Source of the DNA: Welwitschia mirabilis
Taxonomy: Eukaryota
Direction of reading: 5' to 3'
Assembly: GCA_051453625.1 (NCBI GenBank)
Contig: JBOZIK010000001.1
Location: 35,169,008 to 35,233,007 of the forward strand
DNA: 64,000 nt
The notes under the pieces are model-generated. The model was not told the origin of the DNA, searched no databases, and saw only the letters and a list, made by a program, of their open reading frames with translations. The position numbers and the translations under genes were made by a program. Positions 35,509-50,545 of the stretch are shown piece after piece (the stretch's first letter is position 1; each line of letters opens with the position of its first letter).

Positions 35509-35918
35509 ATTGATATACATTCNNNNNNNNNNNNNNNNNNNNNNNNNNNNNNNNNNNNNNNNNNNNNNNNNNNNNNNNNNNNNNNNNNNNNNNNNNNNNN
35601 NNNNNNNNNNNNNNNNNNNNNNNNNNNNNNNNNNNNNNNNNNNNNNNNNNNNNNNNNNNNNNNNNNNNNNNNNNNNNNNNNNNNNNNNNNNNNNNNNNNN
35701 NNNNNNNNNNNNNNNNNNNNNNNNNNNNNNNNNNNNNNNNNNNNNNNNNNNNNNNNNNNNNNNNNNNNNNNNNNNNNNNNNNNNNNNNNNNNNNNNNNNN
35801 NNNNNNNNNNNNNNNNNNNNNNNNNNNNNNNNNNNNNNNNNNNNNNNNNNNNNNNNNNNNNNNNNNNNNNNNNNNNNNNNNNNNNNNNNNNNNNNNNNNN
35901 NNNNNNNNNNNNNNNNNN

Positions 35919-35989
<71 letters not shown>
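35919..35989. repeat. (CA)n microsatellite
   Basis: Read directly from the sequence, adjacent to a gap. Confidence 0.95.
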
Positions 35990-35991
<2 letters not shown>

Positions 35992-36949
35992 GATGGAAAT
36001 ACATTATCTGATGTAGATGCATTAATATAAGATTTTAAGATAGTAAGCCACCACCTGTGGTAGGAATCCTTTAGAAATGCATTCTTTCATGTTGTATGAT
36101 CATTTAATTGTGTATTCTTTAGTCATGCCTCTTATAAAAGATATATTTTTAATTTAATACTAAATATCAGCTTTTTTTAAGTATTTACCTTTTCTTCTAA
36201 TTTTTTAACTAATTATATTTACTAATATCATTAAAAAAGTTTGAGAATTGAAAAAAACTTTAGGAGTAAGAATCTTAAGCAAAATTTTATCATAGAAAAA
36301 CGTTTGTAAGTGTGTGATAAATTCACTTATTTATACACAATCATAAATGTAAGTTTTTAGAGATTAAATTTAAGATTCTCAAGATGAAGATTAAGATGAG
36401 ATAAATGATGTCTTAATTTTAAAAAATTAAAAAACCAAAAAATTGGAGAGAAAGAAAAAGGAAAAGGAAAAGGAAAAGGAAAGCTGAAAAAATATCAAGT
36501 ATATCTCGTATATTTATACTACTGATAACAATTAATTCAAATTAAAAATAAATTAGGCTAAGTAGATAAAGTATTATGGATCATATTTTGTTAATTAAGA
36601 TTTACTTCCTAATGGTTATGTAGGTTTTTAAACCTCAAATGAATGCAAATCAAATAGTTTAAATCTCATAAATCAAATAGTTTAAATCTCATACTACTTC
36701 AAAAATATGTAGTTCTATAAACTCCAAAAACTAAATATTGAAATCTAATGGATTTTGAATGTCTAAACTTAGTGAAAGAGCTTCAAGTGGAATAGTGACT
36801 AATAAAAGAGGGCATATACATCTTTATTTTTACTTTTCTAATTTAACTTTTCAAGGATAATAGGTGATTAATAAGAATTTAAGATAACTCTGACATAAAT
36901 GTTAATTTTATCTTAAAGCAAAATTTGAATTAGAAAAATGATACAGTAA

Positions 36950-37960
36950 ATTATCTTAGTAACTAAGTCAAATTGATATCGAGGTAAAACCTATGGAATA
37001 GTAATCATCCAACACCTATATTAGTTTAAAGTTCATAAAATAAAGTCTATCAAATGTAGATAAATTTTAACATTTAATTTATGTTGATGAAATTCTAGCA
37101 TCTTCTAATATTCTAGTAATAGAGGAATGTCATTATAAGATGGTGAAAATGTTTCATAATAACAAGAAATTATAGAGATATTTAAATTATTATTTATTAA
37201 AAATTTAATTCTAGAGTTCATATATCTGCTAAATAAAAAGAAAAAAAATCTTGAAATGGAGTAGGATGAGGTCTGGGAAATCATGATTGAATTTTTTAAA
37301 ATTAAGAAAATTCTAAATAAATACTATAAAAAAATACTATATTATGTGGATTATTTATATGATAGATTAAAGGTTATGAATTTTAATAAGCTAAGCCAAA
37401 TCCTAATTAATATTGATAAGTAGTATCATGCTTATACATAAAGAAACATTAATGTTGGTACTATAGGAAATAATAAAACTAAAATAGTCGTAGAAGAAAA
37501 TAATATTAAATAAGCACCAATAAAAAGTAGTATAAAGGTCAACAAAGTATTAGCGATGAAAATATGATTATGCTTGTATCCTATTATTGATACATGATAA
37601 TGTATGATCATCTTGGGATATAAATCGTCTAACGTTACACCTTAATTTTTACCAGTAAAATATTAGAACTTTCATTTGCAATATAGTCAAAATGTCCTTC
37701 TTTTTCAAGGATAAATGTAGTACAGAATCAGTAAAGTAATACATCCCTATTGTAGCAAATATTCAAAGCCAATTTCAAGATAAGAGTACAAAGAAAATTT
37801 TTCTAAATTAATATATAATAGTTTAAAATGAATCATAGAACTTAAATACTAACATGAACATTTAACTAAGACAAGAGACTTTCATTTAATGATATCTTAT
37901 AGTTTTCCATATTAAATCCTAGTTAAGTTAAGTTTTAATGAAGATCAAATTATGATAACA
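36950..37960 (+). pseudogene. Possible very decayed copia RT/RNase H remnant
   Basis: LIYVDEILASSN at ~37074-37110 (YVDD motif) and EDQI-like near 37940. Little else is recognisable. Confidence 0.4.
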
Positions 37961-40900
37961 TTATTGCATTCACCACATAAGTGATGTTGTGATCCTCAAG
38001 TTAATGTTAAATCATTATATCTTCTTCACAAGAATGAAAAGTAAGAAACTTATCTTAAAGAGAATCAAATGCAATTACACGAAGAAACTAGAAAATGAAC
38101 AAGAAATATTGATTTAATAAATATAATAAACTTTATAATATGTGACTTCACTTCAAGCATTAAAAGTATGAAAAGGGTCACAACTTAAAATTAAGAAATG
38201 AAAATAATAATCTTTATTATAAAACTAGAATAAAGTAGTACATCAAAGAAGGAAAACTTAATCTGAAATGTAAAACATCATGTTAGCCTCAAGGTTAGAA
38301 TATTCCCAGAAGGAGAAGAAATTAGAAAGTACACATGACAAAAAGCTCCATCTTTAAACCATCTTTACTCCTCTAGTATAGAATTCCATGGAATGATATT
38401 CTTACAAAGTGAGGTGGTATGATATTTTTATATTGAAAATTGGGATCGTGGTAATTGAGGTTTTGTCTTTTAGTGTTTATCATTTCATGATGGAATATTA
38501 AAATCTTGTAACTAAATTGATCCAAATGTAAAATAACATAAATTATCATAATGAACTCAATACATGGGTTTCAGAGTAGGATTCATCCACCAACCAACAT
38601 CATTGCCACATGTTACCAATGTCACTAGTGTTTTACATAAAATTAGATACATCTTATAACATATGATCCAAAACATTGCTAAAGACCTAAAATAGTCATA
38701 GGGTAAAGCATAAAGTTAGATATAGAATTAAAAATAGCATAAGATATGTTATTATGATTAAAATAGTGAAATTAATGCAACCTAGCCTAAAATACTCAAA
38801 GTAAATAACATTTTATACATGCTAACACACTCCCAAAGTAAGCTTTTACTAGTTCCTTAGCCAAACGTTCTATAAAGATGATTATCATAGAAAATTTTTA
38901 TAAGTGAAAACATTAGAGCATAATGTGAAAATAAAGGAAAATTAAAATGTTTTAGTGAATTTTTTATTATTTTTATTTTTATTTTATTTTTTACTCTTTT
39001 AAACTTAAGTAAAAAAGTAAGGCATTAAAAACAATTTTCTAAGTGTAAATGTCATAACCCCAAGACAAAGTTATTATACTTAGGTTTGAAAAGATGGAGA
39101 AATAAGTGCAGAGTTTGTAATCATTAAGAGCTAGAAGAAATATTCTTCATTACATATCATGTTATTAAAAATTGCGGAATATGGAAAGAAAGATAAATGC
39201 AAAGAAATGTCAAACTAAGCTAAAATGCAAGGTGAAAAACATGTTTAAGACTGAAAATCAGGTGAAATATATATTATAAGACTTTTTAACTCTATCAATG
39301 GGTTAGATATTTCTTATTAAGTTCAATACATATATTGAAAGATCATTTTATAACAAATGCTTTTGTGCTTCCTAGTTTGTTTTTCTCATAAAGTAAAAAT
39401 GTGGTTGAAATGGCAATGTGAATGGGCATGTACAAAAATGAAAATGAAAAGAAAATCTCAACCATGCAACCTATGAATAAAAGAGACTAAGATCTAAGCT
39501 ATTAGCCTTATTTAATAAAAACATTATGACTTTTAAATTTATTTAATGGATCTAAATGTCATATAAGAAAAGTCTTGATAAAATAAACTCATGCAATCTC
39601 AAGAATAGTAAAGAAATCTTAAGTACAATTATTAAAGAAGGAAAAACACAGGAGATCTTCAATTTTTACTTTTTTTTTTTTTTCGAATCTTCCTTTTACA
39701 ATCATGAATGCTTCTATTTTAAGAACTTGATTTTATCAAGCATCTAATATTACAACAGTTTCTTCTAATAGTGTTAAGCATGTTGTACATGAAGCAGGTT
39801 TACATTACCAATAAGCATTTATAGCCCTGATGTAGATGATGAATGTTCTATAAATATATCATTAGAGTTGCATTGTCAGTAAGCATCCATAGCCTTGATG
39901 CAGTTAATTAAATCCAATAAAACTAATTGAAAAGAAAATATGCTTCTAGAGAAGAGATTTTATTTTTCTTTTGATTATTCTTTTCTTATTCATTTTTTGA
40001 TTGAGATAATCACATAAGAGGGTAACTTATTAGCCTAATAAAGAAATAATCTTTTCCCCATGAATGCTTGAAAATAAAGGGTACCATGTGAAATTAAAAA
40101 TTAGACCTTTTTATCTATTGAATTTTCCTAAATTAAATACATCAAGTAAATGCAAACCTTAACAAAATGACTTAAAACAAGAATAACTTTCCCTCAAAAA
40201 GCATAAATGCACTTAATCTTGATTAAAACCTAAAATGAAAAAAATATTAGTTATTATTAGTTACTTTTGAAGGCCATCAATAAGGATCAGTAAGTCTCAT
40301 AAACTCATAAGTATATAAGAGTAGTAGATGATTAGTAAGCTTTATGGGATTAATTGAAAAGTGAATAGGTAAATGAAAGGGCATAAGGAAATGGTTGAAA
40401 AGGTGATAACGTTTAGGGTCTTCTATGAGATAACTATCTTTAAATAACATCTTATTTCTTCTGGATTATTTTAACCATTACAAAACTAAGCTATTCTCAT
40501 AAAGGGTTGTTCAATGACATGTAAGGAGAAAAACTCACATTTATAATATTTATTAAAATCAAATGATGGCATATCAACAAAAATATTCTCATGACAAACT
40601 TCACACATGAGTTTAAAAGCTCAAAAAAGGCATGAGAAGTGTAAACATTAGGGTTTGAACATTTAAAATTAGAAAAATTCTAACCTACTAGTTTCTTTTG
40701 CATTTTTAACAAGCAGAAGATTAAGGATCATGAAGTTCATTATCAAACCCATCAATAAAATCAACTCCATTAAGGCCCTTTGGTAGTTTCATAACATTGA
40801 ATAAATTCACTCAATAGTCATACTCCCAACAAAAGGTTTCATGAGATGATTCTTATAGTTGATAAGAGAATTGAAAGTTGCCAAAAAGGCATTTTCTTAA

Positions 40901-42300
40901 AATAGCGGGAGCTAAATGATGTCTAGATTGTTCCATTTGTAAAACAATAAAATCTAAATGGAAGTAGCTATAACATTTGTGTTTCACATACATAGTCATA
41001 ATACAATAGTTTCATCAAATTCTAATATTTCTTATTTATAAGTTGATACCAACATGTGGTATTACTAGTTTCTCAAGGCCCATGTAGTTATTGAAAGGTA
41101 GTATTAACCAAGATCACATACATGCCATGGATTTTCAAGTTGTTTTCCAAAAATACAATGCACTAACTAAATGTAAAATAATAATGTGAAGAACCACATC
41201 ATACTTTTTAAGTTGACTATTGATAAGCATAGCCAAGGTTTAACAGTAGCAGAAGACTACACCCTTATGAATAATCATCCAAATAATTTATGTTTAGATC
41301 ATAAGCTAAGCAAATCTTAACTACTTTGAAGTGATACAACATTCATAGGTTTGATATTCACTTCTTAATTCATATTTCTTAAGCATCTTCTAAATGATTG
41401 TTACTTCAATTCTCCTTTCTTTCATTGTTTTAATAAGCTTTCCTAACATCTTTGAACTTTTCACATTAAAGAATCACCCTTAATTTTACATGTGCTCTTA
41501 AAGTGACTATCATGTCACATGTCATCCCCTTAACCTAATACATGACAATACTTTTAATGATCCTTTAAATCAAGCTAATGGCCTATGATCATCACCTTGA
41601 ACGCTTTAGAAAATCATAAAAGCACTAGAAATTTGATCACCTATATATCAAGAAATCATCTGAAACACCAAATTTTAGTAGACTTTCTCATTAGGCCTTC
41701 TCCAATCTCAATTTTAACCAATCTAGAAAATTTATCACTTCCACTAGATTCTTAACATATCATACTTCTTGAATTCATATTTTTCTATGGATAATGAATT
41801 TGATTTAATCAAAATTTTAAGGACTCGCTACTCTCAAGTAAGTACTTTGAAAATTCATTAACATAGTCATTGTTTTCATAACAATTATGTTAGACATCAT
41901 AATGTACATCACCAATATGATATACCTCTAAATCATAGTCTAATACACTCTTATAAAATCTCTCATTCCATTTCTTATCCCAACAACATTGGAGATAATA
42001 ACTGTGTATAAAACTCTTTGCCTTTTTATATGGTCATGCCTTTTGTCTTCCACATAACACTAGGCGTGAAATATATGTTGTGGTATATGTTTTTCCAATG
42101 ACATAAGGGATGACACCATGATAGAATTCTTTTATAAGTATATTTCTCCCTCATCTCTTATTAAAATCTAATGCAGTCTACGTTCTTTGATCCCTTTCAA
42201 GTGCCACAACCATCCTTTACCTAAAGAATTATTCTTTGTTATAAATTAATTACATTTAAGCATAATGAAGTAATTATGACACTTTTGCTATTGTTTTAAT
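37960..42300 (-). mobile_element. Minus-strand Athila-type element remnant: LTR (~37960-38827), PPT, 3' region and probably very decayed integrase
   Basis: The reverse complement at 38866-38821 reads gtttggctaaggaactagtaaaagcttactttgggagtg-tgttagc (Athila PPT followed by TG). The stretch 39660-40110 is homologous to 9590-10000. The right boundary and the pol remnants are uncertain. Confidence 0.62.
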
Positions 42301-42699
42301 TCCGAATTTTATTCATATATTTTATTTTAAGTTGCATCTAATAGTTTCTCTCCAAGCCCACTTATTTTTCTGATTAATGTATGCTTAAAAACTTATGAAA
42401 TTAAATTTAGTTCATTAGATTGATAATTATGAGTATTTTTTCTTAAAATTCCATCTATTTCATTCTTTTCGAATTTTGTACTCATTACACACTCAATTTT
42501 GATAGTTTTCAACATGTTAGGTAGTAAAACAATCCTGATTTCAATACCTACACTTTGGTTCTTATAAGAGAACATTTGATTACTTAAAGAATAAGTTATG
42601 AACATCTTCACATGTTCTTTCTATATGGCATATATGTATATTATGTTTCTATTAATGTAATGCTATAGGAGCATTACCCTCATGAAATTGAACATGCTC

Positions 42700-44217
42700 T
42701 ACTATTGATTGGGTAGCAAAATAATGAGAACATAAGACACTCTTACAGGAATGAAGGAACAGCCTTGCCTCCATTATTTATCAGAGGAAGATGCATTTTA
42801 GAGATTACATATAAAGACTTAAATCTAATTTGGATTATGCAGTAGAAGAACTTAGTATTCATGATTGGTTATTACATGCTTATGTCTCCTACTTTGAGAT
42901 TGAGATCATCCAGTTCTATCAGATCTTTGAGAGCATCATAGCTACTAGGGATGATGGATCACGTTATGAGAAGATCAGAACTACAGTGGGGGGCCATCAT
43001 ATTTATATTATGTCACAACATATTATAGTAGTAACAAGACTTCCCAAATATTAAGAGAGGGTGGATCTTGATAGAGGTAATTTAGATAAATAGTCCTATG
43101 TGGTCTTGCTAGAGTTACCATGCCATGCAAGGGATGATCAATAAGGGATATTTATGATCTATTTTGCCTTCTTACTACCACATCCTTCATTAAGCCATAA
43201 TTCATAACATATCTCTAGTATGACATGATTCACATGATATGATTTCCAACCTTCAGATTTTATCCCTCATTCATCAGAAAGAGAAGATGGACTTGCCCAC
43301 TTTTATTTAGCATCAACTTAAATGGATGAGCATCCAATGTTGTTTCTCCATTATTTCATATCCTTGTTTGTTAAATGCCTTATTCAAATGGTTTAAGATC
43401 CCTATTCTAGTAGATACTTCTCATTTAGTTCATATTTTAGTAGATGATACATACTTTAGGAGATTATGGATAAAGATTCTAGGTTTGACACCACTAGCTT
43501 CTAGTGAGATTCTTATAGCACAGCCACCCCTGCCTCCTTCTGCACACCCTCATATAGTTTGAGGTGTCATACTTAAGTAGCTTATTATAGTATTGGGAGG
43601 TATAAAGTAGAGGTTATCTTCTCACATTGCTAACTTACATGCTTATTATACCACATGATTTGATCAATAAGATGCATGTATTCAAGCTATGGACAAGCAA
43701 AGTAGAGCTATTTTAGAGAGGCTAATAGATGTACAATAGGATACTTCACTGGTTATTCATGAAGTGACCTATGTTCATCATGATGCCACTACATGTAGCC
43801 TAAATTAGCATATCTCTCATTACTTCCTAAATATAAAAAAGCCTATCATTCAGCCACATGTGGAGTTAAGTAGTAAGAGATATGATCATATGAAGATTAA
43901 GTTCTCCTCCTCTCCACATAGAGATCCATGATATCTCTTACAGTTTTATCCTATAAGCTATACATAGATTATGACTCTTTCAGCTTGTTGTATTACTGTG
44001 CATTATTCATAAACTAGTAGTAAATACTTATATTAAACTAATTGATCATTTTTGTAATGACTTTTTATCTTAGTTATCAGTATGCTTAGACATGTATTTT
44101 TCTCAATGGTTTTATTATGATAGATTTGAGACCACCTTTCCCTAGTTGAATTAGCATCACAAAGTCCTGTTTCTCTTTGTTTATTAAGGGACTAACAAAA
44201 TGCTAGATGAAAGGCTA
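42700..44217 (+). mobile_element. 3' end of a second related Athila element: extra-ORF remnant plus PPT abutting the 44218 LTR
   Basis: ORF pieces WLLHAYVSYFEIEIIQFYQ...IRTTVGGHHIYI (42830-43054) and ISYPCLLNALFKWFKIP (43326-43562). A PPT-like ttattaagggactaacaaaatgctagatgaaaggcta sits directly before the TG at 44218. Confidence 0.65.
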
Positions 44218-45303
44218 TGTTATGATACTAATTTATCACATATTGATAATGTAATTAGTGATAGTTTATAGGGGATAGGAACTTAATTCAATCATTTTTA
44301 AGAACTATATTATAAAGTAATAGAATGACTTAATTGTAAGACTAAACACTCTATTTTGGATTACAACAACATGAATCTCAACTATGACAAATTTGGACTA
44401 AAGTTAAAGGCAAATAACTTAAAAAATCAGCTATTATCCCACATGTCATCTCCATAATGTTGGTCATGATACTACTTTAAAAGGAAATGGAGTTTTTGGC
44501 ATGGCATTACTGACATGGTGATTTGACATGATAATCAAGATTATTATCATGTCACCTGCCATCTACATGATATAGACCATAATACTACAGTAAAAATTCA
44601 AATTTAAATTCTAATGGCATCATGACCTAGCAACTTGTGATTGGATATGAAGGCATGTCATGCCAATGGTGATCACCATGATAATAGTGAACATAACAGA
44701 TTAATCATTTCTTCTTAATTAAGTTAATTATAATCTAGTTTTCATCTAATGATCTATCTTTGTCTATACTAATCTTCTAAGACCTTAACAACCCTAGAAT
44801 AAACATAAAAACCTGCTATGAGCCTCATTTCATCATCTTTTAACATTGAATAAATGATGATAAGTGCATTCAAATGTATCCATTTTAGCATTAAGAGAGA
44901 TAATTCTTGATGTTAGATTATGCATCTATTGTTGATAAGTTACTACCCTACTGAGGTATTTTATAAGATATTTGAAAATTAAATAAATGTCTTAGTTTTA
45001 CACATTTATTCTTATATCTCTTATGGCTTGTGTTTTATTTGATTAATACTTTTGATAGATTAATTTTAATTGAATACAAGTCAAAAGAGCTGAATTTAGG
45101 TGATAACAACTTAGAAATTGGTTATCATAGGCTTACATTCATTGTTCCTTATGCATTTTACATTCCATCATTAGATAATCACATTGTTATTTCCTTTTTA
45201 CATAATAAAGTATAAAATGATTAAAAGAGATATTTATGAAGGATTCTGATGATTATTATTTCTAAATCATGTACTTGATTTAGTATGTTAACTTATGCTA
45301 TCA
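44218..45303 (+). repeat. Athila-type LTR (5' LTR of the 44-56 kb element)
   Basis: It starts TGTTATGATAC and ends ...GCTATCA, followed by a PBS-like tggcattcattgg. It has patchy similarity to 55216-56380 (start region, tatctcttatggcttgtgtt/tatcccttatggtttatgtt, and ttagtatgtt/ttagtgtgtt near the end). Confidence 0.65.
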
Positions 45304-45758
45304 AGTGTATGGCATTCATTGGTTAAATTATCTTATACTAAGCCTAAATATAACTAGATTATTTTTAAAAGTAATTCCTTTTGAAGTGCAACCTAGGTTA
45401 TCAATATGCATTCACTTAGAAAGAATTAGTAGATTATTTCTATAGTGGACTTAATAGCTAAATAAAATAACTTGTATATTTTTTATGTAGAGTAAATTTG
45501 ATAAATCTCATACTAGAAAATGCATGAAGATTATTGGAAAAACTAGTAGAAGTACATCAAACATGGCCTAAATCAACACCTAAATAAAATAATACTATAG
45601 ACCAAATTAAATAAGTAAAACAAGAAAAGGAGGAAGTGGTAGGGAAAAAAGGGGAAAAAACCAATAAATGTCATTAAGGTTTCATAATAATAATAGAAAA
45701 CTACACTCAAATGATCTTAAACACAAAAGTAGTAACTAAAAAGAGGATGGTTCTAACA

Positions 45759-45803
45759 TGTTATTTGTGTGAAGACAACTATCATGTAACTAAAGAGTAT
45801 CCT
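45759..45803 (+). pseudogene. gag: gag zinc-knuckle remnant
   Basis: CYLCEDNYHVTKEYP fits Cx2Cx4Hx4C with the last Cys mutated TGT>TAT, and lies upstream of the protease. Confidence 0.7.
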
Positions 45804-46740
45804 TTATTACCTACTTACAAAGAAAAGATTTATGAAGTGCTGTATACATTCAACCAAAAGTCTTCAAACGTTAGAGATTAAAACCAAAATCAAAACTAAT
45901 TTCAACTTAGAATGAATAGAAAATCAAATTTTTAATCTTTTGAGAATAAATTTAAGAACTTTTAAGTAAATCATGCAACTTTTTAACCATTTAGAAATAA
46001 ATTTAAAAGTTATAAACTTTAAACAAATAACTCAAACATCCAACTAAGTAACTCAAGTTATCAAGTAATCACATCAAATTCATAAAACCAAAATGATCCA
46101 CTTAGAAATTCCATTGATGAATTAAGGAAATCTTAAGAGAAGACAAATTCAAACATTGAAAATCTTGTGAGTGTTATTTAAAAACCTATTCTTGCAAATC
46201 AAATACCACAAGGATCACTTTCAATACAATATTTATCTTATCTTGATAAACTAACATAAGATTATAAGGTTCTGATAAGAATTGGAAATGATACAATACC
46301 ACTTACCCATGAGGCTTTAACATCCTAAAATGATAAGAATGATGAAGAAGAAGAGGATACCAAAATCTTAGAAAATCATAATTTTTCTTCTCCTTTAACT
46401 AATAAGCTTAATAAGAAAAATTCTTCTCAAGATAAATTTAAGAAACTTACTACCCCTTGGCTTAATATATTAAATACCAATCCTACCTTTGATGAGTAAC
46501 TTAAAGACTTAATGCAAAATGTGAGCATAGATTTATCATTTTGGAAACTTTAATAAGAAAATTCTAAATATTCTAAGTTTTGAAAAAAATCTAATTAAGA
46601 GGAAATTAAAATAAAATATTCCTAGTAAAGTCTTCTTAGTCTAATATATAACCAAGTTAGTTTTACAAAAATGTTTAAAATTAAGGATTCATGTGCAGCA
46701 ACAGTTAGTATCAATTTAGAAGGAAATAAAAAATAAAGAA

Positions 46741-49700
46741 AGCCTTACTTGATATAGGATCTAGTGTTAACATTATTCCTTTATACATTTGTCAACAACT
46801 TGGTTTAAAAAGCCAAATTAAGCCTACACAAGTTGTCTTAGACTTAATAAATACATTAGTGAAGAAATATTTAAGAGTAATAAAAGATTTGGTGATTCAA
46901 ATTTAGGAAGCATCCTNNNNNNNNNNNNNNNNNNNNNNNNNNNNNNNNNNNNNNNNNNNNNNNNNNNNNNNNNNNNNNNNNNNNNNNNNNNNNNNNNNNN
47001 NNNNNNNNNNNNNNNNNNNNNNNNNNNNNNNNNNNNNNNNNNNNNNNNNNNNNNNNNNNNNNNNNNNNNNNNNNNNNNNNNNNNNNNNNNNNNNNNNNNN
47101 NNNNNNNNNNNNNNNNNNNNNNNNNNNNNNNNNNNNNNNNNNNNNNNNNNNNNNNNNNNNNNNNNNNNNNNNNNNNNNNNNNNNNNNNNNNNNNNNNNNN
47201 NNNNNNNNNNNNNNNNNNNNNNNNNNNNNNNNNNNNNNNNNNNNNNNNNNNNNNNNNNNNNNNNNNNNNNNNNNNNNNNNNNNNNNNNNNNNNNNNNNNN
47301 NNNNNNNNNNNNNNNNNNNNNNNNNNNNNNNNNNNNNNNNNNNNNNNNNNNNNNNNNNNNNNNNNNNNNTAATAAAAGATTTCGTGATTCAAATTGAAGA
47401 AGCATTCTATCCAATAGATGTGGTTGTGATTGAAGTTGAGCATAATGAAGGTTATCCACTAGTTTTAAATAGAGCATTTTGTATAACATCCCATTGTATT
47501 ATTGATACTAGAACTATAATGATGAAATGTCACTTAGGAAATAAAAAGTTTACCTTTAGAGTTTTTGATGTTACTAAAAAAGACATAGGTGATGAGTTGA
47601 ATATTAAAGGAGAAATTAATCCAATTCTATTTTTACAACATTGTCCACTTGAAGAATAATGATTAATACTTCATGAGCCTACCTTGTTTGATGGTCCACT
47701 TAAAGTAAAAAACTTGAAATATTTCAATGATGATTATCTTAACTATGAATTTTTAGGAACTAACTATTTTGATTAAGAAACTAAAGAAACTTAAATTGCA
47801 ATTTGTAAAAACGTATAACATATAAAAACAACTAAGATTTCATATTTTAAGGAAGGTCATCTACCCCAATCATCTAGATGAGAGTCCAAGACAGTAGTCA
47901 ACTTTGATAAAAATTTCATAAAACTTGAAAATTTAAAATTAAATATAAAACCTTTACCTAGTGAATCAAAATATATCTTTCTGTGTGATGATTATAATAA
48001 ACTTTTAATAATAAATAAGAATATTTCCCTCAACAAGAATTGATTTTAATCTCATTTCTAAATTCTGAGGTTAATGCATTTTACTTGGTCCTAGAAAGAT
48101 TTAATAGTCATTCCTATTTCCATTATTCAACATAAAACCTATCTTGAGGATAATGCAAAACCTCTTAGCTAACCCCAACATACATAAAATATAGCCCTTA
48201 AACAAGTCATATAAGATGAAATTATTAAATTAGTGGATGTTAGAATTATTTATGTCATATCCAATAGTGAGTGGATTAGCCCTTTAATGATAGTCCCTAA
48301 GAAAGGTAAAAAATGAATAATATGTATTAATTTTAGAAAATTAAATGAAGTAATCAAAAAAGACCATTGTCCTTTACATTTTCTTAATCAGATAATTGAT
48401 AGAATCAAAGGACATGCCTTTTATTACTTTCTTGATTATATAGTGATTACAATTAGGTTTACATAACTAGTGAGGATCAAACTAAACATAACTTTTACTT
48501 TACCTTTTAGAACTTTTTTTTAAATGTGTGCCTTTTGAACTTTGTAATGCTCCTGGTACTTTTTAATATGCAATGATGAGTATCTTTTCTAATATTAAAG
48601 GATTCAATAAAATTTTATGAATGACATCTCAATCTATGGTGAAAATTTCAACAAATTTTAGAAAGGTTAGAGAAAGTCCTCAATAAATGCATTAATGATG
48701 GTCTACATTTAAATTGGGAGAAGAGTTTAATTTTAGTTGATAATGAAATTCTCTTAGGTAACTACATTATAGTAAAAGAATTAGGATGAATCCTTAAAAA
48801 GTAAGTATTATTAAAAACCTAACTCCTCCAACAAATGTAAAAGAACTTCAATCTTTTCTTGGTTATTATGGTTTTTGTCATTATTTTATTTAGGATTATG
48901 CTAAAATTTATAAAGATCTTCATCCATTACTTGAAAAAGAAGTTAAATTTGAATAGAATAAATCTTGTTAGCTTGGTTTAAAAAAGTTAAAAATAAAACT
49001 TTTTCTACACCTATTGTAATGAAATCCAATTAGAATAAAGATTTCAAATTAATGTGTAGTGCTAGTAATACTACTCTAGATGGGGTTCTTGAATGAAAAT
49101 ATAAAAATGATTTTAATGTTATATCCTATCATAGAAAGACTTTATCTAAAGCTTAATTGAATTATACAATTATAGAGAAAGAATATTAGTAATAATTGTT
49201 TTCCTTTATATGCTTAGGTATTCTCTTTTAAGCTCTTATATGCATGTTTATATTGATCAAGCAGTTATTAGATACCTCATGACTAAGAAATATTCTAGTA
49301 CTAGACTCATTAGATGGATCCTATTTATATAAGAATTTAATATTATAATCATTGATAAATAAGAGAAGTATAATAGTATAGCAGATCATTTGTCACGTCT
49401 TTTTTCTTTTTGATGATCTTATGATTAATGATTCTTTTCTGAATGAACAAAATTTTGTTATATGTTCTACTCATACTCCTTCTTGGTATGTTGACATAGT
49501 TAATTATTTTGTTATCATGAAAACACTACAACATTGAACTCATAATAAAAACAATATTTTCTCCATAGAATAGGTGATTATAAATGGGTAAAGCCACATC
49601 CTTACCATAGGTGCAAAGACTAAATCATGAGAAAATGTGTTCCTAAATGGGAAAAAATAGACATACTTAATATTTTTCATGATAGTATTTATGGAGACCA

Positions 49701-50545
49701 TTTTAGTATATGAAAAATAGTAATGAAAATTCTTCACTTTGGTTTTTATTAGCCTAATCTTTTTGAGGAATCTTTTAATTTTGCTAGAAAGTGTGATGTT
49801 TGTCAATGTTATGGTAGCCTTATTCTTTCTTATGAGATGCCCTTAAATCTATTCTTAAATATGAACCTTTTAGTTGTTGAGAAATCAATTTTATAGGCCC
49901 TATTAAACCACCTTTGAATGATAAGAACTACATTTTAATGGTTGTTAATTATGTTATTAAATGTGTTGAAGTTGTTCCTACTTTTATAAATGATGCTTAA
50001 ATTGTTTACCCCTTTGTTAGAACTTATATTTTTCTATGTTTTATTTTTTTAGGATTATCATTAGTAATTAAGGAACTCATTTCATTAATTAACTTTTTAA
50101 GAAACTTCTTTTATCCAATGGAATTGAACATAGAGTAGCTGGTACTTATCATTCATAAACTGATGGTCAAGTTAATAATGTAAATAAAGAAATAAATAAA
50201 ATGCTATAAAAAATTATCTTTACTAATAATAAATCTTATACTTTTAATCTTAACAATGTTTTTTAAGCTTACTATACTACTTGGCATAATTACCTTGGTT
50301 TTCTACCTTATAAACTTATATATGGAAAACTTTGTGTTTTACCTGTTAATGTGTGCTATAACTCCTATCATTATTTCCATTAACTTAATATTTTAGATCT
50401 TTATAAAAATTTTAAAAATAGATTATCCTATATTGATCACTTAGATGAAAAAGGTACTCATGCTATACATTACTAACTCATTCACAAAACCTAAGCTAAT
50501 TTCAAACATAATAAAAAGTTACTTCATAAAAAGTTTAAACCTAGT
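46741..50545 (+). pseudogene. pol: Ty3/gypsy (Athila clade) pol pseudogene: protease, RT, RNase H, integrase
   Basis: Protease: ALLDIGSSVNIIP (46742) and FYPIDVVV...YPLVLNRAFCIT (ORF 47384-47659). RT: SEWISPLMIVPKKG, CINFRKLN..KKDHCPL, PFELCNAPGTF, FMNDISIYG (48614). RNase H: CSASN, NYTIIEKE, RLIRWIL, ADHLSR (49381). Integrase: WYVDIVNY, CDVCQ, INFIGP, VNYVIKCVEV, GTHFIN, YHS*TDGQV, PYKLIYGKLCVLPV. Many stops and frameshifts. Confidence 0.95.

Noticed and set aside
34859-36022. His-Thr / Cys-Val repeat ORFs
   Set aside because: These are translations of (CA)n microsatellites and gaps.
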